Shown here: in pieces, positions 51,145 through 60,064 of the stretch | Numbering within the stretch: the first letter of the stretch is position 1 | Layout: each line of letters starts with the position of its first letter | Source: Longimicrobiales bacterium | GTDB lineage: Bacteria > Gemmatimonadota > Gemmatimonadetes > Longimicrobiales > Gaopeijiaceae | NCBI GenBank assembly: GCA_965226375.1 | Contig: CBDDCX010000008.1 | Coordinates: 1,952,001-2,016,000, forward strand | Reading direction: 5' to 3' | DNA length: 64,000 nt | Notes under the pieces: model-generated | What the model saw: only the letters and a program-made list of their open reading frames with translations | Databases searched by the model: none | Told to the model about the DNA's origin: nothing | Made by a program: the position numbers and the translations under genes

Positions 51145-52188
51145 ATGCGCATTCTGATTCTGGGTGGCACGGGCTTCATCGGCCCGCACATGGTGGAGTA
51201 CGCCCTGAGCCGCGGACACACCGTGACCATGTTCAACCGGGGTCGGACCAACACCCACCTCTTCCCCGAGGTGGAGAGGTTGGTCGGCGACAGGAACGGT
51301 GACGTGAGCGCCCTCGAGGGTCGGGAGTGGGACGTGGTGCTCGACAACAACGCCACGCTCCCGAGTTGGGTGCGACGGACGGCACAACTCCTCAAGGACT
51401 CGGCGGAACACTACATCCACGTCTCCACCATCTCCGTTTACGCCGGCACGTCCTTCGCGATAAAGCCCGACCGCATCGTAGCCCCCGGCTCTGCTGAAGA
51501 AGAAGCACGTAGAATCCACGAGGACTCCGAGCTCGCGGTCCTCCCCGAGGGGCATGAGGGTGAAGAGGTCACGGGTGGGACCTACGGGCCGTTCAAGGTG
51601 CTGGCCGAAGAAGAGGCCCGCTCAGCATTTCCGGGGCGGGCGGCGGTCGTCCGACCGGGGCTGATCGTCGGGCCCGGCGACCCCACGGATCGTTTCACCT
51701 ACTGGCCGGTGCGCATCGACCGGGGCGGCGACGTGCTCGTGCCTGGAGATGGCCTCGATTCGGTTCAGATCATCGACGCGCGAGACCTGACCGGGTGGAT
51801 CGTCAGGTTGGCCGAACAGAGGACGTCCGGCACGTACAACGCCACTGGCCCCGAGGCGCGTCTTTCTCTAGCCGAGATGGTCTATGGGATCCGCTCGGTC
51901 ACATCGTCGCCCGTGCACTTCAACTGGGTGGACATGGCCTTTCTCCAGGAGCACGAGGTGCGGCCCTGGTCCGACCTGCCGGTGTGGATCCCCGACAGCC
52001 CCCTGGGCTACGTACGGATCGACCGGGCCGTGGCGCAGGGGCTCACCTTCCGGTCTCTGGCAGAGACGACGGGGGATACGCTCGATTGGCACGCTATCCG
52101 TCCGGAGGAAGAGCGGGCCGCACTCAGGGCCGGCCTGGATCCCGCGCGGGAGGCGGAGCTTTTGAGGACCTGGCGAGCGGGCCGGTAG
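51145..52188 (+). CDS. NAD-dependent epimerase/dehydratase family protein
   Basis: ILILGGTGFIG, YGPFK (YxxxK), RPGLIVGPGDPTDRFTYW. Confidence 0.88.
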   Translation: MRILILGGTGFIGPHMVEYALSRGHTVTMFNRGRTNTHLFPEVERLVGDRNGDVSALEGREWDVVLDNNATLPSWVRRTAQLLKDSAEHYIHVSTISVYAGTSFAIKPDRIVAPGSAEEEARRIHEDSELAVLPEGHEGEEVTGGTYGPFKVLAEEEARSAFPGRAAVVRPGLIVGPGDPTDRFTYWPVRIDRGGDVLVPGDGLDSVQIIDARDLTGWIVRLAEQRTSGTYNATGPEARLSLAEMVYGIRSVTSSPVHFNWVDMAFLQEHEVRPWSDLPVWIPDSPLGYVRIDRAVAQGLTFRSLAETTGDTLDWHAIRPEEERAALRAGLDPAREAELLRTWRAGR

Positions 52189-52312
52189 CCCCGAGCAAAG
52201 CCCGCCTGTGCAAGCGCGCGCGAAGACGCCGCTCTGTCTTGACGATCGCCAGAGCGTTCCCCCGACCAACCCGTGTGTCGGCCAGCCGGGGGCGGGGGGT
52301 GACGTCCTCTAC

Positions 52313-53632
52313 CTAGCTGGCGTTCTGGAGCTCCTTAGCGACTGCCTGGACTTCGTCCAGAACCCGTAGGAGGTTGCCGCTCCAGAGCATTCCGATCTGC
52401 TCTTCCGTGTACCCTCTTCGTACCAACTCGAGCGTCACGTTGAAGGTCTCCGCCGCGGAGTCCCAACCGGTGACCCCGCCGCCCCCGTCGAAGTCGGAGC
52501 TGATACCGACATGCTCGAGGCCGATGAGCTCCACCATGTAGTCGATGTGGTCGACAAAGTCGGCCACGTCCACGGGCGGGGCGACGGACGTGACCTCTGC
52601 CTCCATCCTCGGCGCGGCCATCTCACGAAGTTCGTCCATCTTCGCGTCGTAGGCGGCCCTGTCCTCCATACTCAAATCCCTGACAGCACGACGATCGAGG
52701 ATCTCGAAGTCCATTCCCGAGGCGATCTCGCCGTAGAGCGCATCCTGCGCCTCACGATTGGCGGCATTCTTCACCGGATCCACGTAGCCGCGGAAGGCCA
52801 CCGTCTGGACCACACCACCGTTCGCCTTCAGCGCCATGAGCTGCTCGTCGTCCAGGTTGCGGCTGACGTCACCGAGAGCCCGCGCGGCGGAGTGCGAGGC
52901 CATGATAGGCGCCTGGGACAACTCGAGCATCTCCATGATGGCCGGCTTGGACGGATGGGAGATATCGATCATGATGCCCCACTTGTTCATCTCCGCCACG
53001 GCCTGACGGCCGAGGTCGCTCAGTCCGTCATACAGCCAGACATCGTCTCTCTCACCTGTGTTGGAGTCTGAGAATTGGCTGTGCCCGTTGTGGGCCAGAG
53101 ACATGTAGCGGCCACCCAACTCCTGGAATTTCCGGATGTTGTCGAGATCGAGGCCGACCTGATAGGCGTTCTCGATGGCGATCATGGCCACCTTCTTATC
53201 TGAGGCCACAATCCTGCGGACGTCGTCCGAGGTATACGCGATCTCGATCTGATCGGGAGCCTTCTCTTCCGCGAGCCAATGGATGGCGTTGAACTTGTCC
53301 ATCGCGGCCTGCGTGGCGGCGGCGTAACCCTCGTCGGTGAGAGGGCCTTGGCCCACGAACACCACGGGCCACGTCACGTCCAATCCGCCCTCCTCCATCT
53401 TGGGCAGGTTGACCTGAGTGGGCAGGTCCATTGTGTAGTTCCGCTCTTCCGTGAAGTTGGCGGGGCTGATGTCGTTGTGAGGGTCGAGCGTGATGACGCG
53501 ATCGTGGATGCCGCGCGCGCGCTCCATCAACGCGGCGTCGGACTCCTCGCCCGAGTCAGCCGGACCGCACGATACGACCGCGAGCAGCGAGCACAGGAAC
53601 GTCAGCTTGGGAACATGTCTCTTGGTATTCAT
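52313..53632 (-). CDS. Membrane dipeptidase (M19) lipoprotein
   Basis: Lipobox VVSC; HND, DISH, ASHS, RNLDDEQL, HVGISSDFDGG. Confidence 0.9.
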   Translation of the reverse strand: MNTKRHVPKLTFLCSLLAVVSCGPADSGEESDAALMERARGIHDRVITLDPHNDISPANFTEERNYTMDLPTQVNLPKMEEGGLDVTWPVVFVGQGPLTDEGYAAATQAAMDKFNAIHWLAEEKAPDQIEIAYTSDDVRRIVASDKKVAMIAIENAYQVGLDLDNIRKFQELGGRYMSLAHNGHSQFSDSNTGERDDVWLYDGLSDLGRQAVAEMNKWGIMIDISHPSKPAIMEMLELSQAPIMASHSAARALGDVSRNLDDEQLMALKANGGVVQTVAFRGYVDPVKNAANREAQDALYGEIASGMDFEILDRRAVRDLSMEDRAAYDAKMDELREMAAPRMEAEVTSVAPPVDVADFVDHIDYMVELIGLEHVGISSDFDGGGGVTGWDSAAETFNVTLELVRRGYTEEQIGMLWSGNLLRVLDEVQAVAKELQNAS

Positions 53633-55034
53633 GATTGTCCTGCCGGTGTTGTAGTGCGGCCGAGAGTGGGCCCACTCTCCCGGGCCGGCCCTTAGAGCCG
53701 ATCGGGCAGCGAGGAGTGCGTCCAGCATCCATGCGTCGAGATGGGATTGTACTAGCCGGGCCGGCCGCTGGCCACCGCGTGCTATTCGGCTCGAAGCGCC
53801 TCGACCGGATCGGCCCGTGTGGCCGAAAGTGCCGGTGCCAGTGTCGCTAGCAGCACCACCAGGGCTAACCCCCCGGCGACCAGGGCCAGGTTCAGCGGAT
53901 TCCTGGGAGCGACACCGTACAACATGCTGCTCAGGATCCCCGAAGCGACAAGGGAGATGGCGACGCCGATCACCAACCCGATGGTGGTCAGCCGGAGGCT
54001 CCTGCCCAGCACGTTGGTGACCACCGAGCGCTTGCGGGCGCCGAGGGCGAGACGGATGCCGATTTCGTGCTTTCGTTGCCCGACCCGGAATGCCATGACG
54101 CCGTAAAGGCCCGCGGCCGCGAGAACAAGGGCGACCAATCCCAGCGCCATCGCCATTTCGGCGCCCATCCGGAAGAGGAACATCGCTCCGTGCACATGCA
54201 CGTCAGCTGTCTTCACGTTGAAAATAGGCATGGACGGCTGTAGACCCTGCACCACACCTCGGATCGGAGCGACGACGTCGACCGGATCCACCCCCGCAAG
54301 CACGGTCAGAACCATTCTCGTACGCGCCGACTGACGATGGGACCGGAAGAAAGCGGCTTGAGCCGGTTCCAGGAACTGACGGTACTTTCCAGTCTCGGCG
54401 ATGCCCACCACCTCGTAGGTGTCGGGTCCCGGATCTCGCGTGAAGCGGATTCTTCACCCGATCGGGTCTTCTTCGGGCCAGAGTCGTGCAGCCGCGGCCG
54501 CATTGAGGATGACGGTGTTCGGGCCATCCTCACGGTCTTCGGACCCGAAGGCGCGACCGGCGATCAAACGCGTCCCCAAGACGTCGAAGTACTGATCGGA
54601 GATCGACGAACGCCACGCGTTCACGCCCCGCTCGTCCGGAGAGTACGCCCGGTCGTCGGCAAAGATCGCACTCGAGGAAGACCAGTCCCCCAGTGGAATC
54701 CCGCTGGAAACGGCTGCCCCCATCACGCCCGGCAACGCGGTCACCTGTTCCACCAACTCTCCGTAGAACCTTGCTGCATCCATCGAGTCGTCGCCGGCAA
54801 GCGACAGATCGAGAGTGGCCATGATGCGCCCCTCGGTCTGGATACCCACGTCCATCTCGCGGACGTTGCGGAGACTGGTGGTGAACAACCCGGTGAGGAA
54901 GAGCGTGACGAACGCGAGGGCGACCATTCCGACGACCACCGAGTTGAGCAGTCTCGTGCCACCGAAGCGAAGGCCGCCCGCGGAGCTCTCGTCTCCGCGC
55001 AGCACCCCAGCCACTCCCGGCTTGGAGGCCTGCA

Positions 55035-55144
55035 CGGGGGCTAGCCCGAGACGAACGTCGCCACCAGACACACTCCGGCCGTGAAGAGGCGGGGGCTAGC
55101 CCGAAGACGAACGTCGCCACCAGACACACTCCGGCCGTGAAGAG
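55035..55144. repeat. Tandem duplication of about 55 bp
   Basis: 55035-55088 and 55090-55144 identical except one extra A in the second copy. Confidence 0.9.
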
Positions 55145-56081
55145 CACCGCAGCCGTGTCCGGTGAGGCTTGGAGCAGGAAGCGATATGAGAGCGCCGGGA
55201 GAAACCGGTCGAACAACCCCGTGGTCCAGTTCGCCACTCCGAGGCCAAGGAGCCCTCCCAGCACTGCGAGGAGAGTGCTCTCCGTGAGCAGTTGACGTAT
55301 CAGCCGACCCCTTCCCGCGCCCAACGCGACGCGCAGGCCGATCTCACGGCGTCGAACCACGGCACGGCTGAGGAGTAGGCTCGCAACGTTACCGCACGCC
55401 ACCAACAGGACCAGGCCGGACGCGGCTAGCGCCAGCAGTCCGATCAGGTTGGGAAGTTGCGACGCCTCCGGCACTATGGTTCTCTCGGGAAAAGCTCGAA
55501 ACGTCCGACCATTGTTGCTCTGCACGTAGCGCGCCTCGAGACGCCGGGCGATGACCTGAAGTCCGGCATTCGCCTCGACGATATCCGTACCCGGAGCCAG
55601 GCGCGCCACGGCCTCCATGTTCCTCGACCCTCGCTGCTCCTCCCAGTTCCCCCACCCCTCCGCAGCTCTCCAAGCACGGCCCGGAACCCAGAGGTCCATG
55701 CCCAGTCCCCACTTGGTGCCATTGAACCCCTCGGGCGCGACACCGACAACAGTGACGTCGCGGCCGCTCAGTTTGATGACGCGGCCAACCACTGTCGGGT
55801 CTGCACCGAAGGACTCGGTCCACAGGTGATGACTGAGGACGGTCACGAGCGGTGATTCCGGCTGACCCTCGGTGGACGGATCGAAGGACCGGCCCAGGCT
55901 GGGCTCTACCCGCAGCACGTCGAAGTAGTTGGCCGAGACGATCTCGCCGGAGGCGATCCCGCTAACCTCATCGGACGTGAGTCCGAAGAGGGTGAGATTG
56001 TGCAGGAAGACTCCCTCGAAGAAGTCCCCCTGATCCCGGATGTCCGCGAAGTTAGGGTACGAGAAATTCGACGATCCGTCT

Positions 56082-56145
56082 CGGAATTCGAACAACCGCA
56101 CGAGGCGATCGGCCGGAATTCGAACAACCGCACGAGGCGATCGGC
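56082..56145. repeat. Exact 32-bp tandem duplication
   Basis: CGGAATTCGAACAACCGCACGAGGCGATCGGC x2. Confidence 0.92.
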
Positions 56146-56570
56146 CTCGGGCACCGGGAGTTCCCGCCAGAGAATGCCCTTGGCAAGACTGAACATGCTG
56201 GTGTTCGCACCCACACCCACGGCCAACGACAGCACCGCGAGTGTTGTGAAGCCCCTGTTACGGAGCAAGCCGCGCACGGCATACCGGACATCCTGTAGGA
56301 ACGTCTCCATCGAACTGGCTCCCTTCTTCGTCGTCATCGTCTTGCGGGCTGCCGCACGGGCACGCCACGCACTCATCGGAAGCTCCGCGTACGTACGGAG
56401 CGCAACTGCCACCACCCCCAAGCCGCCCCGATCTCGATCGGCCGCCCGGCATAAGTCCCGGAAACACTCCTCCATGTCCGCAGCGACATCGGACCGTGTG
56501 CCATCCGGGTACAGCACGAGCAGGGCACGATAGATCCGGGCCACAAGGTCGGTCGTCTTGGTGGCCGGCA

Positions 56571-56927
56571 TCAGATCAGCTCCATCGCCTCGGCCATGCC
56601 AACCAGACCGCGCAGGCGCTCGGCCTCAGCCGCCACGACTTGTCGTCCCAGAGCGGTGATGGCGTAGTAGCGCCGTCGCTGGTCATCCAGATCGGGAGCG
56701 GGACGGCGATCGGTCTCGTCCAGGAGCCCGCGTCCGCGCAGCCTCTGCAGGACAGCATACAGATTGCCGGGTACGAGTCGGATCTTCCCTTCCGTGCGCT
56801 CGGCGATCTCTGCCACGAGCCCATATCCGTGCATCTCCTGAGCCGCCAAGGTCAGCAACACCATGAAGTCCACGGGCTTGAGCGGTAAAAGGTCCTGGAC
56901 GCTGGGAGACTCGATCGTGTCGGTCAT
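56571..56927 (-). CDS. PadR family transcriptional regulator
   Basis: MHGYGLV..I, PGNLYAVLQRL, RRRYYAITALGR; GAGG RBS; overlaps permease start. Confidence 0.92.
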   Translation of the reverse strand: MTDTIESPSVQDLLPLKPVDFMVLLTLAAQEMHGYGLVAEIAERTEGKIRLVPGNLYAVLQRLRGRGLLDETDRRPAPDLDDQRRRYYAITALGRQVVAAEAERLRGLVGMAEAMELI

Positions 56928-56975
56928 GTCATCATTCCTCGGGAGTTCCGTGCGGCCATGCACTCGGCCCCACAC

Positions 56976-57020
56976 TACTCGATTTCATTATACGACAATC
57001 AAGTATACTTAGTTTCAGTA
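56976..57020. promoter_or_regulatory. Candidate PadR operator array
   Basis: Three abutting 15-bp units TAC-N9-(G/T)TA in an AT-rich patch upstream of padR. Confidence 0.55.
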
Positions 57021-57144
57021 TATCTGTGTTCGCCGCCGATCTCAACTCACATCTCGAGGATATGTCCCTCAGGACCGACGTTGATGATCACTGTCGACCC
57101 AAGGATCGAGCGCTGACCCCAGCAGGCGTGGATATGGCCAAAAT

Positions 57145-57720
57145 GGGGTATTGCCTTAAGTCCACCGCCCACTACATGTTGTGGTCATGGCGGTTCCGGC
57201 TTCTCAGCTCCGTGGCGGCGTGGACTATCCCCGTACGCGGCTGGAGTTGGACGAGTTCTTCCCCGACGATGCGGCATGCCTGGAGTACGTGGAGGGTCTG
57301 CGCTGGCCGGAAGGGTTTGTGTGCGTGGGCTGTGGCGGGTTGGGAGAGGTCTGGCGAGCATCGCGGGGGCGTCTCGTCTGCCCACACTGTCGAAGGCAGA
57401 CCTCGGTGCTGGCGGGAACCGTGTTCCACCGCACGCGCTCGCCCCTGCGTCTGTGGTTTCTCGCTGCCTGGGAGCTCACGAGCCAGAAATACGGAGCCAA
57501 TGCTCTCGGGCTCCAGCGCGTGCTCGGACTGGGAAGCTACAAGACAGCGTGGGTCTGGCTCCACAAGCTCCGCCGGGCCATGGTCCGACCGGATCGCGAC
57601 CAGCTGAGCGGCGTTGTGCAAGTGGACGAGAGCTATGTCGGGGGCGTGGAGGCTGGAGTGCGGGGCCGCGAGACGATCAAGAAGGCCATCGTCGCGATCG
57701 CCGCCGAGGTCGACGGACGC
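57145..57720 (+). mobile_element. IS1595-family element fragment (left end plus N-terminal transposase)
   Basis: Zn-ribbon CVGC..CPHC, LRWPEGFVC, SYKTAWVWLHKLRRAM, VQVDESYVGG; left end placed tentatively at GGGGTATTGCCTTAAGT. Confidence 0.8.
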
Positions 57721-58783
57721 CGTGGACTCAGACGAAGGCACCGTTGTGGTCGAGGGGTGGAGAACCGCCACCTCGCACCACGTGATCGATCGCATGCGTG
57801 AGCTCGCGCCGGCCGTGGGGGGATTCCTTCTCACGCAGGTAGAGCACGAAGGGGGGATGTCCGGCTTCAGCATGGAACTGGTCGAACGGGCCGTGGAGGC
57901 AGCAGGAGACGCCCGGGTGACAGCCGCGGGAGGAATCACCACCGCAGAGGACGTGGCCGCCCTCGACCGCCTGGGCGTCGATTCGCAGGTGGGCGTGGCA
58001 CTCTACTCGGGGCACCTGACCCTCGGCTCGGCCGTCGCCGCTCCTCTGGCCAAAGGCGTGGAGGATCGGCTATGGCCCACCGTCGTGTGCGAGGACTACG
58101 GTGCGGTGCTGGGGCTGGTGTGGAGCACGCGTGAGAGCTTGGAGGCCGCGGTATCACAGAGAAAGGGCATCTACTGGTCCCGCTCCCGCGGCGAACTCTG
58201 GATCAAGGGTGAAACGTCGGGAGCCACGCAGGACCTCCTTCGTGTTGACCTGGACTGCGACCGAGACGCGTTGCGCTTCACGGTTCGCCAACGCGGCTCC
58301 GGATTCTGCCACACGGGAGAACGGGCTTGTTGGCCCTCATCGTTTACTCTCTCCTCGCTCGCAAGGGTGATCGAGGCTCGCCGGGACGAGGCCGTGGCAG
58401 ACTCGGAACGCAAGCCCTCGACCACTCAAGATCGACTCGCGCTAGCCGGTAGCTCATCGGAGTCGGGTGATCAACCGGAGTCGAGTGGCTCGTCGGAGTC
58501 GGACATCCGAACGGGGTCGGTTGCAGCCGACTCTGGCACCGCCCGGGTCTTGGCCGATCCCGCGCTCATGAGAGCCAAGCTCCTCGAGGAGGCGGCTGAA
58601 CTGTCCGAGGCCGCCGACAGGGGAAGTGCAATCCACGAAGCGGCGGACCTCATCTACTTCGCATTGGTGGCGGCGTCGCGCCATGGCGCGACGCTCGACG
58701 ACATCCAACGTGAACTGGCAGGTCGGCATCTGCGGGTGCGGCGACGTCCGATGACGGCCAAGACCGGGGGAGGCACGGAATGA
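57719..58783 (+). pseudogene. hisIE: 5'-truncated HisA-like/HisI/HisE fusion
   Basis: AVD..VVVEGW and AAGGITT (HisA/F barrel C-half); YWSRSR..LWIKGETSG, DCDRD, FCHTG (HisI); KLLEEAAE, HEAADLIYF (HisE). Confidence 0.82.
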
Positions 58784-60064
58784 GGGAGACTCTCCTTCGG
58801 CGTCGCACGTCAACGGACTTTCTCGGCGCGACTCCTGATACGATCCCCCTCTGAGATTCGCCGAGAGGTCGAGGTCATAGTAGACCGGGTTCAGGCGCTC
58901 GGTGAGGCGGCGATTCGGGAGTACGCGACCCGCTTCGACGAGCGCAGCCCCGAGCAGTCTCTGTTCATTCCACGTGAAGAGCTGGAGCTCCAGCTCGACG
59001 CGATGGCACCACCAGACCGCGACCGCCTGGAGCGCATCGGCAGGCGCATCCGTGACTTCGCGGCCGCCCAGCGCAATGCCCTGACACCGCTCGAGGTGGA
59101 GGTCCCCGGGGGGGCGGTGGGCCATCGCGTCGATCCGGTCGACGCGGCGGGCTGTTACGCTCCCGGAGGGCGCTATCCACTTCCGTCCTCGGTGCTCATG
59201 ACCGCCATCACCGCAAGGACTGCAGGGGTGGCATCAGTCTGGGTCGCCAGCCCACGTCCCGCTCCCATCACCTTGGCCGCCGCGGCCGCCGCGGATGTGG
59301 ACGGGATCCTGGCAGCGGGTGGGGCCCACGCCATCGCCGGGCTCGCCTTCGGGGTCGGTCCCGTGCCTCCGAGCGACGTAGTCGTGGGTCCTGGGAATCT
59401 TTACGTGACGGCAGCCAAGCAACTCTTGGCCGGGGGCGTGGCCATCGACATGCTGGCCGGCCCGACGGAGCTGGTCATCATCGCGGACGGATCGGCGAAT
59501 CCGGCCTGGATCGCCGCCGACCTCCTCGCCCAGGCAGAGCACGATCCCGAGGCCGTGCCGATCCTGGTGGCGATGGATCCGGCCTTGATTCCCGCCGTCG
59601 AGACTGAGTTGCTCACCCAGCTCACGGACCTCCCCACCGCCGATGTCGCCCGTGCCGCACTCTCCAACGGGGGAGCGCTCGCCTGTTCAAGCCTCTAGGA
59701 GGCCGCCCGAGTGGCGAACGCCATCGCGCCCGAGCATCTACAGCTGTCCGTGGCCGACTCCGATGACCTGTCGCCACTCCTCGATCACTTCGGCGCTCTC
59801 TTCCTGGGTGAGAAGAGCAGCGAGGTGTTCGGCGACTACGGGGTCGGCCCCAACCACGTGCTGCCGACGTCGAGAACGGCTCGGGCTCGGGGAGGCCTTT
59901 CGGTGATGGACTTCTTGCGAGTGCGCACTTGGATTCGCATGGACGAGCCGACTCACGAGTTGATCGAAGACTCGGCGTGGCTGGCGAGGCGGGAGGGGCT
60001 GGAGGCCCATGCACGTGCCGCGGAGTTTCGGTACGCTGACCGTCCAACCGCTACTAGTCCGTGA
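58780..60064 (+). pseudogene. hisD: Histidinol dehydrogenase with frameshift (C run 58845-58849) and in-frame TAG (59696-59698)
   Basis: YAPGGRYPLPSSVLM, GPGNLYVTAAK, IDMLAGPTE, AQAEHD, APEHL, GPNHVLPT. Confidence 0.9.

Larger units (their letters stand above)
53782..56571 (-). pseudogene. Duplicated orphan ABC permease (ADOP-like) broken by two tandem duplications and an in-frame TGA
   Basis: [41 protein letters not shown] spread over four ORF pieces; TGA at 54454-54456. Confidence 0.87.

Noticed and set aside
55035..56145. 32-bp and 55-bp repeats as a CRISPR array
   Set aside because: Copies abut with no spacers, lie inside a coding sequence, and no cas genes are present.
29907..59698. 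Stop-codon reassignment or Sec/Pyl readthrough explaining in-frame TAG/TGA
   Set aside because: Many intact genes here end in TAG or TGA, the three stops fall at unrelated residue contexts, and two of the affected genes also have frameshifts.
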